Source of the DNA: Lingula anatina | Taxonomy: Eukaryota > Animalia > Brachiopoda | Direction of reading: 5' to 3' | DNA: 64,000 bases | Assembly (NCBI GenBank): GCA_051362555.1 | Contig: CM120644.1 | Span: 22,528,534-22,592,533, forward strand | Shown: piece after piece, positions 38,093-51,466 of the stretch | How the letters are laid out: every line of letters starts with the position of its first letter | How positions within the stretch are numbered: the first letter of the stretch is position 1 | Position numbers and translations under genes: made by a program | The notes under the pieces: generated by a model | Databases searched by the model: none | Seen by the model: only the letters and a program-made list of their open reading frames with translations | What the model was told of the DNA's origin: nothing

Positions 38093-38320
38093 TATTATTA
38101 TACACAGTAACCAAAGTGTTCTCCCAAAATAATGCATTGGTGTTTATTAAAATGACACGATGACGTATGAACAAATGAAAAAAAGTTCTGTAATATTTAT
38201 TTGAGAGAGAGAGAAAACATATCTGCATTAATGCAAAACACAACGACTTTAAAATAATATTCTGAAAAGGCGGCCAAACATGATAGAGAAAGCAGTGTCT
38301 CACCTTATATTAAATCCCAT
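36935..38320 (-). pseudogene. A4-type array remnant (exon 1 at 38304-38320; 5' part of exon 2 split by a LINE insertion)
   Basis: ACCATACGTTACAGCCAC (36935) and TACACAGTAACCAAA (38101) reconstitute the A4 exon 2 sequence at 32437-32470; ATGGGATTTAATATAAG|GTGAGA. Confidence 0.7.
36955..38100 (+). mobile_element. 5'-truncated L2/CR1-group LINE (RT C-terminal part, 3' UTR, (ATT)n tail)
   Basis: YTLPLG..YHIYADDTQLY..WMIRNKLKINDEKTEFL..KNLGVYFD..HALVTSRLDFCNSLLYG..LQRVQN..HITPVL..LHWLPV..WN.LP; stop at 37864; AATAAA followed by (TAT)n to 38100. Confidence 0.9.
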
Positions 38321-39036
38321 ACCGTGCATGAACAGTTGAACAAACCCAACATTTTATGCACCTGGGCGAATTCGTTCTTCCGTTTTATCAGAAACTGTAG
38401 TCATGCAATTATTATTAAGTTTGCATTAAGGACAGACACCTAGGTCATTATATGAGCTTTGAGAGGAAAACAAGTTTTATTGATGTGTGTTTTATTATAA
38501 CATGGCGCGCACACCTCCTTGGATGTCTATATAAAGTTTTTGATTAAAATGTGTAAAAAGTACATTTGTATACTCTTTTGCCTGGGGAACTTAATTTTGG
38601 CTCGAATTAATTTCCTAGTACGTTGTAAATCAATGCATTGTTCAAAAGATTGTTATGCCTGTAAACGATTTTTTTTTCATTTGAGAATATTAAAGAAATA
38701 AAACTGCACACAAAGAGTATTGGAATATTCTCAAACTGATCTACGGCATTGGCCAGCCTCTTGAAGAACAGAATTATTACAAAAAACATCTTGCAGGAAT
38801 TCAAGTTAATTATCTTTTATTTATTTTGTCTCAAGGCTAAATTACTGTGTAGTCGACAGTTGCCTTGAGAGAGATATATTCCACGCTCTGAAGAAATGAA
38901 CTCACAGAGACTTATCCTTGGGTTTTGTCTTAACACACAATGAATGTCTGAGTCAATCTTAAAAGTATATTTCAGTCATAACTGTCCATTTCAAAATGTC
39001 AAAAATCAAGTGCGAGGAGATATGAAAAGATCTCAT

Positions 39037-39110
39037 CTATGGTTTTGACGCGGGAAAAGTGAGCACATTGCAAGCCAGGTATTTATTGTCCTCTACGAAC
39101 ATTGCGCCAC
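39037..39110 (-). pseudogene. 3' tip of a B-type exon 4, cut off at the TRIM copy 2 cassette
   Basis: ..GAMFVEDNKYLACNVLTFPASKP* with a B-type 3' flank at 38320-39036. Confidence 0.75.
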
Positions 39111-39566
39111 GAATTAGTAACTTTTATTCCTGTTCTTGTGCAACTATGGTTGGTGAAGCCACCAGGTATCAAATCATATTTGACTTGATGACAAGCCAAA
39201 TACAGATTCATATCGGGCTCATTAAAAGTGACGCAACCCCCCCCCCCAACAAACACACAGGAACACCCGGCACACCGCTGCTAGCAGCATGTTACTGATA
39301 AATTACGCTGATACATGTATCACCCTGATCGTGATGTGTGTAGATAACTTTATCAAACAATACATCAGATTTAGTAACATGCGGTATATAACAGTAGGGT
39401 TGGGCCGCGTTCTGACTATGTAGATTTCGACATCACCTGATTGTGACCAATTTAAAGCACTATATTTTATAATATATAAAGCGTGCGAAACGGCTTTATT
39501 AGCAATAGAGCGGGAAGGCCGAAGTGTAAAGGGCGGGGCGCTGTGCCCACTCTGGGCGCCTATACC

Positions 39567-41780
39567 ATGGCGATGGCTTCGAAAGAGATGTGCAGCGTAT
39601 TCAGTGAGCAATTTTTAACGTGTCATATATGCCTGGAGGAATATAAAGACCCGAGAGTGCTCCCCTGTTACCACACGTTCTGCCTGGAATGCATTGCTGA
39701 CCATGCAGCCAAGAATGGTGTACAGAACAAGTTTCCCTGTCCCGTGTGTCGTCAAGAGGCCCCCGTACCACCAGATGGGTTAGAAACTCTCGTGAAAAAC
39801 TTCTTCCTAAGAAAAGTAACAGACTTCATGAAAGACCAGAAAGCGCCAGAGGGTAGACTTTGTGAGTATTGTAAGCATAAAGAGGCCACTTTGCTGTGCC
39901 AAGGTTGTCCCAAAACCAACCAACTGTGCGTTACATGCCGTGAATTGCACGACAGCATCCCAGCATTAACTGGACATCGCTTTGTACCTATGTCACAAGT
40001 CGACTTTTCAGTTAACCCATCTAACATACGTGATCAGTTAAGTCACGTATTAGATAAAGCTCAGTACTGCCACAAACACGACGGCGAGTTGTTGACATTC
40101 TATTGTGAAGAGGATGACACCGTGGCATGTAGAGATTGTATTTTGGAAACTCACAGAAAACACGACTTCAAAAAACTGGGGGATGTGGTGAAGGTTCAAC
40201 GGGAGCTCATAAAAGAAAAACTGATATATCTCCCAAGTGCAAAACTGTCTCTCTTTGAAAGGGCTGAAAAGGCCATTGTAAGAACGGAAGAGAGGCTAGA
40301 AGAAAATCAGACAACGGTTCTTTGTATGGTGGATTCTCAAAAATTAGCCAAGACTAAGGAGATAAATAAAAACTGTAAAATTATTGTAAGAGAAATCACA
40401 GATTATTACCGTCAAGTAGAGAAGGACGTATGTCAACAGACAGACGAATATTTGACCACTGTCAAACAGCATTTGGAAACTTTTGAAACAAAAGTACAGT
40501 CCTATTACATCGAAATGAAAAGATTTATAGATGACAATAGCAACAAAATAACGGCAGAAGTTAAGGCACTCACCTCCACGCAGATGAAGACTTTAAAAGC
40601 TGAAAAGGACAAGCTAGAAATGAACAAGATTTCCATTCAGAGTATTCGTGATTTCGCCAAGCAGCTCACAGACACTGGTTCTGACATCGAAGTCATGACC
40701 CACTCTAAAACACTCCAAACTAGAATCGAGGAATTACAGTCATTAGAACCAGTCTTTGATACCAAGAACACCGAGATAACATTTACACCAGGGCAAACAA
40801 AAATGGACGTTGTGCTAGAGTATCCTAAAATCCCTGAACTAAAGTTGTCCATAAAAACGGGGTCCATTACGGCCAAAACATACCGGGGTCCCTTGGATGC
40901 ATGTTTTGGGAGTTTGAAAAAAGAAAGGGCGCACTGTCCCGAGCTGATATGTTTTCAGAAGAAAACTAGGCTTGATAGGCAAGAGTGGAATATTTGTTTT
41001 AGTGTTAAGGGTGCCCTGTGGGATATCCAGTGCACAGATGACGCGTGTATTTTAGTTGTACACGGAGGCAAATTCTGTGGTGATACAGTGTCCGTATTCT
41101 CCAGCACAGGTCAATGTAAACGTGAGATTAGAATAGAAGGAGGCGTGAGGTGTATCACTGCAGTCAGTAACAAAAGATTTGTGGTCACAGGCAAAGATAA
41201 ATGCTGTAGACTGTATTCAACATCAGGTCAGGCTATCCGATGTTTTGGTCAGGGTGATATGTCTGACCCCAGGGGTGTTACTTGTGGCCGTGCAGATAGT
41301 GAGGTGCACGTGTGCGATAGTGGTGCACAGTGCATCTGTGTGTACGACATGAAATATTTTCAACTTGTAAACAGAATTCCTATCCCAATGTGCAGTAAAG
41401 GTTTACTGTGCTGTGCATACCACCACGGCATCAATGCAATCATAGTCAGCAACTTCTGTGCCCACTGTGTGTATGCAGTGACACCCCAGGGTGACGTCAT
41501 GTTCCAATACGGAGTACGAGGTCAGAGAGGAAGTGGAGACGGGCAACTGAGTTATCCAGGAGGAGTGTGCGTAGATAAGTTTGGAAACATATTCATAGCT
41601 GACTACATTAATAACAGGGTGGTTATCCTTGATTCAGATGGGGGATTTTTATGTAACATTTTGACAATGAGTGACGGCATTTGGCGTCCTGTGTCAGTTG
41701 ATGTCACTAATAACGGGGAGCTTGTGGTCGGAACTGGCCCTGGTAAAATACATACATATAAGTATATAGATTATAAATGA
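39567..41780 (+). CDS. TRIM E3 ubiquitin ligase (RING, B-box1, B-box2, coiled coil, NHL repeats), copy 2, single-exon CDS, 737 aa
   Basis: Paralogue of 3728-5908 with the same domain motifs; ACCATGG start at 39567 matches copy 1. Confidence 0.93.
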   Translation: MAMASKEMCSVFSEQFLTCHICLEEYKDPRVLPCYHTFCLECIADHAAKNGVQNKFPCPVCRQEAPVPPDGLETLVKNFFLRKVTDFMKDQKAPEGRLCEYCKHKEATLLCQGCPKTNQLCVTCRELHDSIPALTGHRFVPMSQVDFSVNPSNIRDQLSHVLDKAQYCHKHDGELLTFYCEEDDTVACRDCILETHRKHDFKKLGDVVKVQRELIKEKLIYLPSAKLSLFERAEKAIVRTEERLEENQTTVLCMVDSQKLAKTKEINKNCKIIVREITDYYRQVEKDVCQQTDEYLTTVKQHLETFETKVQSYYIEMKRFIDDNSNKITAEVKALTSTQMKTLKAEKDKLEMNKISIQSIRDFAKQLTDTGSDIEVMTHSKTLQTRIEELQSLEPVFDTKNTEITFTPGQTKMDVVLEYPKIPELKLSIKTGSITAKTYRGPLDACFGSLKKERAHCPELICFQKKTRLDRQEWNICFSVKGALWDIQCTDDACILVVHGGKFCGDTVSVFSSTGQCKREIRIEGGVRCITAVSNKRFVVTGKDKCCRLYSTSGQAIRCFGQGDMSDPRGVTCGRADSEVHVCDSGAQCICVYDMKYFQLVNRIPIPMCSKGLLCCAYHHGINAIIVSNFCAHCVYAVTPQGDVMFQYGVRGQRGSGDGQLSYPGGVCVDKFGNIFIADYINNRVVILDSDGGFLCNILTMSDGIWRPVSVDVTNNGELVVGTGPGKIHTYKYIDYK

Positions 41781-42160
41781 CTTACATGATTTGACACTGT
41801 GATGCTGTTTGAATTGTGATTAACATCACTGCGGTAAATATTATGAACACACTACAGAAGTACCTTATAAACCCATCCAGCACTATATGCTGTTTTATTA
41901 TACATACTGAAAGTATTAGTAACAATTAGATAGACATATGAGTAAAGACCACAGAGACAAGCAATTTGATTACTTTAAGCACTTTCATCCTTTGCAGAAC
42001 AACATATAATTTATTTTATTCACAGTTACTTTTATACTTTATGGAGTGTAATTGGTAATTGTTGACTTCTTCTATGTCTCTAAATGAAACTAGTTGACGT
42101 TATTTTCTTTTTCATTTATTTAGAAATAAAATCCAATGAGCTTTGGTTATGCTTATTGTC

Positions 42161-42192
<32 letters not shown>

Positions 42193-42654
42193 TTTACTAA
42201 GCAGTGAGATTCAGCTAGAACAAAAGCGGTCGGGAGCAGAACAATTTTGTTTTAAATAGTCTTTACCATTTTCATGTCGACTATGGAGTCGCTCCAAACA
42301 TTATTAAACCAGAAGTACACAGTTTTGAGGAATCTAAGAAATAAAATATTTTAATGCTAGAAAGGTAACCATCCAAAGGACGTGTAGGGCTAGTGTAGTG
42401 TTCGAAAAATAGATTGGTATAACACACGGGTTCGAAGGGAAAAATTCATATATTGCAGAAAAATGCATTGGTTTTTACAATATAAATACATTTTAAAAAA
42501 TAATCAAAATAAATAAAAGGAGCTGAAATTTACATTAACAATACTTCCATGTACACAACATTGCAGGTAGCAGAAGTGGGAGAGCAGATGCTCAAGTTAT
42601 CTTTAGCGCCAAGACGCGTCAGTGTAACGTACAGCATGACGTGCAGTAAAAAAT

Positions 42655-43079
42655 GGACATAGCTGTAAGCACGGCGTCTCTTGTTTCTGACACGTGTCTG
42701 GACGGTTATACCAGGGCCCATACTTGTAGAACTGCATATTTACCCCGAAGCTGTTCATGCCTGTGCCCAACTTTACTGCGACATACACAGCAACCAAAGA
42801 GAGAATCACTGTTCTCCTGAAATAATGTATTGGTGTTTATGAAACTGACACAATGACGTATGAACGTATGAAAAAAGTGCTGTATCACTCATTTGAGAGA
42901 GAAAAAGAGAGAGAGAAGAGAAAGGAAGAGAGAGGGAGAGAACATACCTACTTTAATATAAAACACACCAACCTTACAAAAATAAATTAGTCTGTTCTAC
43001 TACTCTTAAATATTGTGAAAAGACGTTCAAACATGATAGAGAAAGCAGCCACTTACCTTACATAAACCCCCCCTAACAT
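42655..43079 (-). pseudogene. A4-type array remnant (exon 1 and the 5' half of exon 2, with a deletion and frameshift)
   Basis: ILSLVAVYVAVKLGTGMNSFGVNMQFYKYGPWYNRPDTCQKQETPC, after which homology is lost. Confidence 0.75.
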
Positions 43080-43776
43080 ATCAATTGAACAAACACAACA
43101 ATTAATGCACCTTGGCGACTTCGTCCATCCGTTTTATCAGAGCACTGTAGTCGTGTAATCGTTATTAAGTTTGTATTAAGGACAGACACCTAGGTAATAA
43201 ATGGGCTTGGAGAGGAAGCCAAGTTAATTGATGTCTGTTTTATTGTACAAGCATGTCGCGCATACCTCCTTGAATGTCTATGTTCAGTTCTAGATTAAAA
43301 TGTGTGAAAAGTACATTTATATTATTTAATCTGGACAACTGAAATTTTGGCTCGAATTATTTTCCTTATACGTTGTAAATCAATGCTATTGATTGATTTA
43401 AATGGTACATTGTTCAAAAGATGGGTATGCTGCATACAAACGTATTTAACATTTGAGAATATCGGAGAAATAAAACTGCACACAAAGAGTATTGAAATAT
43501 ACTCATTGATCTACGAAATTGGTCAGTCTCTTGAAGCACGTAATAACTTACAAAAAATAGATTGCAGGAATTCAAGTTAATTAACTTTTATTTTTGTCTC
43601 ATCGCCAAATTACTGTATAGTCGACAGTTGCCTTGAGAGAGATATATCCCACGCTCTGGAGAAATGAACTCACGTTATTGGATTTTGCCTTCATATGCAA
43701 TGAATGTCAGAGTTAATTTTAAAAGTATTTTTGTCATAACTCTCTACTAGTGCGAGGAGTTATGAAAACACCTCAT

Positions 43777-46700
43777 CTATGGTTTTGACGCGGGAAAAGT
43801 GAGCACGCTGCGAGCACAGTATTTATTGCCTTCTACAAACCACGCGCCACGTGCTGCGCCGACCCCCCACGAAGTTTCCTTGACGACACAGTTAATAACG
43901 CTGACGCCGTCAACAATTGAGCAGTATGTGTTACTTTCGTAGTGGATTTTGAGGATTTTCTGGTTGAAGTTATTTCGGCATGAATAATAGTTGTTTTTAT
44001 TCTTCACCCCACTGCGATCACAAAGGGGGATGACGTAGTCACCGTAGAAGATCATAGCACCCCGAGGCAGCGTCCTGTTAAGGGTACCGCCGGCAGAGAT
44101 GGCTTCGTTCACAATGACCATCCAACCTGTAAAGTTGGTTGGTGTACACACATTTAATGTTATTGAAATATATATCTATACCAAGGAAATGAATAGTTCA
44201 AGATGTGAGGTACATAACAGTGTCTCGATTGAAATGACAACAGAATATCTCCGCGGGAGTTTAGGCAAGCTATTTTCTCATTTTACGTATTTTCTCACCC
44301 GTGAGTTAATCGTGTGTATAAATATGTTAACACGCCCAAACACACACACATACATATTTGTGTGTGTGTGCGTGTGTATATGTGTGTTTGTGTGTGTGTG
44401 TTTCTGCATGCTGCTTTGCCTGTTTGTTAGTGCAGTTGTGAATTTGTAAATTTGTTTGTGAGCATATGTGAGCGGGTGTATATGTGTCAATTTACGTATG
44501 TGTGTGTGTGTGTGTATTTGTGTAATAGTAGAACATATAATATTATATGCACGAAAATGCAGTAGTATCGAAGTAGCAAAGAAGCATTAACGCAGTAGTG
44601 GTGTGGAGCATATTTGCAGTAGAAATGCAGTATACCCTACTGCAATTCTACTTCAAAAATTACATAGGGTTGTACAGAGGAGGAGCATTAATGCAGTAGA
44701 TTAGCAGCATGATAGAAGCATGTTTCAAATATGCTAATTAGCTCCCAATGCGAAGCAGATTTGAGGCATATTTGCAGTATGATTGCAGTAGTCTACTGCG
44801 CTGGAGCATCTACTGCGTTTTCGTACATATGCAGTAGTACAAGTAGTATATGGGTGGTGTACAAACAACAAACAGCAATATGATATGATACACATGGTCA
44901 ATATCGGGCTTCAAAAATAATTGTACCTGCTTCAGAAATCGGGGCGTTAAAGAACTCCACCTTGTGTCCCTTGCTGGCGGATACAAACCGGTTCCTGGTA
45001 GCAGAGTCCACCATGAAGGCTCTGAAGGTTAGTGTGCCGTCATCGCTTGTTACTGCCTTGGTGCCATCTAAGTAGGCGTCATCCTCTACACCGGTGAAGT
45101 CAATGCCGTATTTTGTCTGAATGTAAAGCAGCGGAAGTTGAAACACATCTGATTGGGTTAAATAATATTGACATTTGTTAATTTGAAATAAAGCGTGAGA
45201 TTTAGAACAAACACTAGGAAGAATTGATTAAACAAACCAGTTGCAATTTAATCTTATTTTAATGAAATAAGAGTTCCGTTCTTTTTCAGAACAGAAAAAA
45301 AGATTGAGGTAGATAAGTGTTAACGCAAATTTTGCTCTATTTAGGAAGTATGGTGGTGCTCTTCCATAGTTTTTGCAGATTTCTTTCTCGATGGACTCTC
45401 ATCCTTGGGTGAACTTTGAACCACGGGAGCTCACTCAAGATTTCTACTAGCATTTGACATCCCTCATAAATTTCTAAATGATTGCTGTTACCTTCAACCC
45501 ATCAGCATTAAATGCGAATTATAGCCCTTCAAAGATGTTTTTCATAGTCGGAAACCATGAAGATGTATTCAGACAAGGACTGGTTTAGAACGACAATCAG
45601 GAGAGCTCACGTCAACATTTGGCAAAATAAAAGTAAGGTACCATTACAACGGAAACGGTTTAGACCCTGATTAAGATCCCGATCGTCAGATAGCAGTAAG
45701 TTCTGATTCCATTCTACAACTAAAAGAAGACAAAATGAATTCACTCTACCTTCAGCCATGCGGTCGCCATTTTCCCCTCTTGAATGGCGTCCGCCTCAGT
45801 TCTTCCTGCCAATTCGTGATGAGCCAAAATCTTGCTGCGGTTATTACCAAGGTATTCATCGCTGTTTCCGTCCATAACGAAAGTCAGGGCATAGTCGTAG
45901 CAGGGCGTGGCTTTCCTAGCGCAGGTGTCATGGCGACTTTTGTAATAGTAATATTGCCCAGCGTTTGCCAGTCCTATCAGGCCGAGGAAGGAGACCAAAA
46001 GCCACACCTGGGTGCTGCAAAAAAATGACAAGATAACTCTCTAGAATAACAGCGATATGCCCTGATTGGTACAGAGAGATGAAAGCTTCAGTGGTTTCCA
46101 AAAACCTCCTTGCTATCTCGGCTTAAATTTAAAGGCCGACACACACCGTGAACTGTCATGCTGAGCTATAAGAATTATTTTCCCGTCAAATCCTCTGGGC
46201 CCAGTTTCATCAACACTATTTATAGCTCTATCCTTTGGATAACACCATCCATTAGATAAAATTGTTATCTATTGGACAAATATCCTGTGGGTAAAGTAAT
46301 GTTTACTTAACACAAGATAGTAATTTTTGTATCTAATATTGCTTTCCAGTGGTTAAAAAAGGCTGCAGGATTACAGTCCAGAGGATAACAATTTATCCGA
46401 AGTGTTGATGAAACTGGGCCCGGGGTGACAGACACAATACAAGACTATAAAAGACAAACACAACACAAGCACAATAAAATAATATAATAGACAAAAACGA
46501 TACAAGGCTAAAATAAACAAACGACAAAGGCATTTAAACGAGTGTTACATGACCAGTGTCACGGCAAGTGGACCACAGTTGTGGCCACCATGAGTGCCAT
46601 GAATAATCAACATAAATGGTAGAAAAAAGCATTGTAACACATTACATCATATAGTGGAAACATCTTATACTAAATTAACATGAGGGAGGACAGTACTGGA

Positions 46701-47084
46701 CGCCGGGAAGTGCAGTTTATGTGCATATAGGTAGACAAAATTAAGAAGGTTAACATTTTTTGAAAACAATCGACTACAGTGACAACTTAATGATTCTCCT
46801 AGCGTTCCCTATCCCCTGTCGTAAACCATCGGTGTCACTTTCACCATTATCAACCACAGGGTATCATGGCTACAACATGTTTTCGCTTTTAAATGAAATT
46901 TCAAGATTGCAGTTCGGTTTGTTTTAGTTTTTGTCATTTTCTCCTCATAATATTGCATTTTACCAAACACGAGTATCAGTTTTCCAAATTAAGCAAAACT
47001 TATGAATGAATTATTCCCTGAACCCGTTTTTCTTTATAATGCCTTCTTACCTTGTAGCAGAGCTTACCTTAGAGCAGCGTCCAT
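43777..47084 (-). CDS. Uncharacterised secreted protein, array copy B2, 273 aa; exons 47068-47084, 45750-46014, 44927-45116, 43777-44126
   Basis: Same structure as B1; open frame; GT-AG sites. Confidence 0.85.
44545..44830. mobile_element. MITE in intron 3 of B2
   Basis: TIRs ATATGCACGAAAATGCAGTAG / CTACTGCGTTTTCGTACATAT; absent from intron 3 of B1. Confidence 0.75.
46196..46422. mobile_element. MITE in intron 1 of B2
   Basis: Perfect 21-bp TIR GGGCCCAGTTTCATCAACACT / AGTGTTGATGAAACTGGGCCC. Confidence 0.75.
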
Positions 47085-47419
47085 GTTGTAATGGTGATGT
47101 GTTGATAAGATATTTCAACAACATTGCATCAAAAGCGACATTTATAGACCTTTGTACCCACCGTTAATTACCTGATCGGCAACCGTATCGACGTTCTTTT
47201 CCACTAGCAGCATGTCTGGCAAACTGTCAAAGCAGACGTTAGTTAGGACTTCTGGCGCCTTTCAAAGCATTACACAAGAGATAAACACGGTGACTTGCGG
47301 GTTTTTATGTCTTTCGTTATTTTAAGAAATACGTAACATATATATAAGGAACACACACACACACATATGTTACCTGCAAGCTTGAAATACAGATTTTTAA
47401 TCCGCCGAAGCAAAATAAA

Positions 47420-47612
47420 AATTCCAAGACACAGGCATTTGAATAATAAATACATTATTCAAGTTACGGAATCTGTGGTTAGGACAATATCACGCAGTTT
47501 CACACACGGCTCAGACATTCCAAGGCTCAGACATTTAAATAATAAATACATGATTCAGAGAATGGCATTTAAGTTATGGAATCTATGGGTAGGACAATAT
47601 CACACAATTTTG
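47420..47612. repeat. Two-copy tandem duplication with a period of about 97 bp
   Basis: ATTCCAAG..CATTT.AATAATAAATACAT.ATTCA..GGAATCT.TGG.TAGGACAATATCAC occurs twice. Confidence 0.75.
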
Positions 47613-47851
47613 TCTTGATGATGTGATGTTTATTTCAGAACCACTTTCTTTTATCTGTTTTACCCAAATTTTCCACAGCTGCCTAATCAAGTATTTTAAT
47701 AGTTAACACCAAGGGCATTTGTCATAACCTGCGGTATTTGCGATGGACAGAAACGGTCATATATCTTCGAAATGAAGATTTTGTCAATATTTCAAGAGAG
47801 AGAGACAGACAGAGAGGGAACAGGGTGAGTGGTAAAGACGAAAGATTTTAC

Positions 47852-48370
47852 CTTCAGCCATGCTGCTCCTCTCTTTCCCTCCTCAATGTCTGCTAAAGAG
47901 CGACCAGGCAATCACTGATGAGCCAACATATTGCTGCGGGGTCACCGGATATTTGCTAAATTAACAGACCCGTCCATAATAAATGTTACGACATAGTTGA
48001 CACGTGTCTGGGCGGTTATACCTGGGCCCATACTTGTAGAACTGCATATTTAACCCGAGGTTGTAAAGACCGTAGCTGTTCACGCCTGAGCCCAACATTA
48101 CTGCCACATACACCGCAATCAAAGAGAGAATCAGTGTTTTCCTAAAATAATGTACTGGTGTCTATGAAACTGACACTACGACATATGAACGTATGAAAAA
48201 GTACTTTGTCGCTTATTTGAGAGAGAGAGAAGAGAGAGGAAGAAAACATATCTGCATTAATGCAAAACACTACAACTTTACTAAATAAAAAATCTGTTCT
48301 ACTAAAATATTGTGATAAGACGTTCAAACATGATAGAGAAAGCAGCCACTAACCTTACATAAAACCCCAT
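47852..48370 (-). pseudogene. A4-type array remnant (exon 1 at 48354-48370 and a decayed exon 2); exons 3-4 missing
   Basis: ATGGGGTTTTATGTAAG|GTTAGT; exon 2 has lost the CQKPETPC segment and carries small deletions. Confidence 0.75.
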
Positions 48371-49089
48371 AACATATCTTGATGGTACATAAACAGCTGT
48401 ACAAACACAACAATTAATGCACCTTGACAACCATCCGTTTTATCAGAGAACTGTAGTCATGCAGTTATTATTAAGTTAGCATTAAGGACAGACACCTTGG
48501 TAATTAAATGAACTTTGAGAGGAAAACAAGTTTTATTGCAACATGTCGCACATACCTCCTTGGATGTTTACATACAGTTCTAGATTAAAATGTGTGAAAA
48601 GTACATTTATACTCTCTTGCCTGGGCAACTGAAATTTTGGCCCTATTATTTTCCTTATACGTTGTGAATCAATACTATATTCATTTAAATGACACATTGT
48701 TCAAAAGATTGGTATGCATTCAAACGTATTTTCATTTGAGAATATAAGAGATATAAAACTGCGCACAAAGAGTATTGCAATTAGTCAAATATTTACGAAA
48801 TATCTAGGGAATTGGACAGTCTCTTGCAGTAAAAAATGACATACAAAAACATTTTGCAAGAATTCAAGGTAATTGTCTTTTATTTATATTGTCTCATGGC
48901 TAATTCACTTTATAGTCGACAGTTGCCTTGAGAGACAAATATCCCATGCTCTGGAGAAATGAACTGACAGAGACTTATCCTTGGATTTTGTCTTAACACG
49001 CAATGGATGTCTGAATCAATTTTAGTATTTTTGTCATAACTATTTCAAATGTCAAAAACCACGTGCGAGGAGTTATGGAAAGACCTAAT

Positions 49090-49784
49090 CTATGGTTTTG
49101 ACGCGGGAAAAGTGAGGACGCTGCGACCACAGTATTTATCGCCTTCTACAAACGACGCGCCACGTGCTGCGCCGACCCCCCATGACGTTTCCTTGACGAC
49201 ACAGTTAATAACGCTGACTCCGTCGACACTAGAACAGTATGTGCTAGTTTCGTAGTGGATCTTGAGAGTTTTCTGGTTGAAGATATTTCGGCATGAATAA
49301 TAGTTGTTTTTATTCTTCACCCCACTGCGATCACAAAGGGGGATGACGTAGTCACCGTAGAAGATCTTGGCACCCCGAGGCAGCGTCCTGTTAAATGTAC
49401 CGCCGGCAGAGATGGCTTCGTTCACCATGACCACCCAACCTGAAGGATAGATCGATGTATATCTACTTAACGTTATTAAAATATATGTTTATACTCACTT
49501 TTATTAGAATGAATATATTGCGACCTGAGGTACATTACAGTGTCTCGATTATGGCGACAACAGGACATTGCCGTTTTCGATTTTACCTGTTTCTCATCCG
49601 TGATGATAAACATCTGGTATGAAAATATCTGTGCCTATGTATAATAAGTATCTGTGTGTAAATGCATATGCGTGCGTGTGTGTGTGCGTGCGTGCGTGCG
49701 TGCGCTCAGTGCATTTGTGATTGTGCTTGCAAGTATGTATATGTGAACTGGTGTACGTTTGTGAATTTACACCTGTGAGTGAAA

Positions 49785-49816
<32 letters not shown>

Positions 49817-51466
49817 ATAGTTTATGTGCTGTCTACGGACAACACAGAAATAATGTCATATGATGCACATGGTCAATATCGGGCTACAGAAATAACCGTA
49901 CCTGCTTTAGAAATCGGGGCGTTAAAGAACTCCACCTTGTGGGCCTTGCTGGCCGACACAAAACGGTTCCTGGTAGCAGAGTCCACTATGAAGGCTCTGA
50001 AGGTTAGTGTGCCGTCATCGCTTGTAACTGCCTTGGTGCCATCTAAGTAGGCGTCATCCTCTACACTAGTGAAGTCAATACCGTATTTTGTCTGAAAGAA
50101 AAGCAGCGGAAGTTGAAACACACCTGATTAGGTTAATAATATTGCAATTTGTTAATTTGAAATAAGGCGTGAGATAATGTGCAAATAATAAAAATATTAT
50201 ATTAAACAAACCATTAGCAATTTAATCAAATTTTGATTTTGAACAGAGTTCCGTTCTTATTCAGAACAGAAAAAAGATTGGGGTAGGTAAGTGTTAAGAT
50301 TGAGGAAGTTTGGTGGTGCTCTTCCATGTTTTTGCAGATTTCTTTCTCGATGAATTTTTATCCTCGGGTTATATTTGAACTACGGAAGCTCACTCAAAAT
50401 TTCTACTAGCGTTTGACATCCCTATTACATTTCTAAATGTTTTCTGTTACCTACACGCTATCATCATTAAACTCCAATTATAGACAAAAAGTTGTTTACT
50501 CTTCAAAGATGTTTTTTGTGGTCGGAAACCATGAAGATGTATTCAGACAAGGATCATTATGGAACGACAATCATGAGAACTCACGTCGCCATTTGGCAAA
50601 ATAAAAGTAAGGTATCATAACAAGGCAGACGGTTTAAACCTTTATTAAGCAACCCCATCGTCAGACAACACTAAGTTCTGATTCCAGTCTACAAATAAAA
50701 GAAGACAAAATGAATGGATTCTACCTTTAGCCATGCGGTCGCCATTTTCCCCTCCTGAATGGCGTCTGCTTCAGTTCTGTTTGCCAGTTGGTGATGAGCC
50801 AAAATCTCACTGCGGTTGTTGCCAAGGTATTCATCGCTGCTTCCGTCCATAACGAAAGTCAGGGCATAGTCGTAGCAGGGCGTGGCTTTCCTAGCGCAGG
50901 TGTCATGGCGGCTTTTGTAATAGTAATATAGCCCAGCGTTCGCCAGTTCTATCAGGCCGAGGAAGCAGACCAAGAGCCACACCCGAGTGCTGCAGAGAAG
51001 GACAAGATAACACTTTTGAAAGACAGCGATATGCTCTAATTGGTACAGCGAGATGAAGGCTCTAGTGGTTTCAACATAATGGAGGACAGTTCTGGACAGT
51101 TTATGTGCATATATGATGAAAAAATTAAGGAGGTTAACATCTTTTGGGGAATAAAAATAATCTACCACAGGTACATCTTATCGACATTCCGAGCGTCCCT
51201 ACCCTTTTCGTAAACTGTCGGTATCACCAGTACCAACTGCAGGCCTACCATGGCCAAAACGTTTTCGCTTTTAAATGAAATTTGAAGCTTAGGGTTTGGT
51301 TTATTTTAGTTCTGGCCATTTTCTCCTCAAAATATTACATTTTCCCTAACACAATTAAAAGTTTTCCAAATTCAACAAAACTTATCAATTAATTATTCCC
51401 TTAACCCGTATTTCTTCAAAATATCTCTTCGCCCTATGACAGAGCTTACCTTAGAGCAGCGTCCAT
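49090..51466 (-). CDS. Uncharacterised secreted protein, array copy B3, 273 aa; exons 51450-51466, 50725-50989, 49902-50091, 49090-49439
   Basis: Same structure as B1 and B2; open frame; intron 1 shortened by a deletion. Confidence 0.85.

Noticed and set aside
39483-39566. 28-aa N-terminal extension of TRIM copy 2
   Set aside because: It starts at GTG, overlaps promoter motifs and is not conserved in copy 1.
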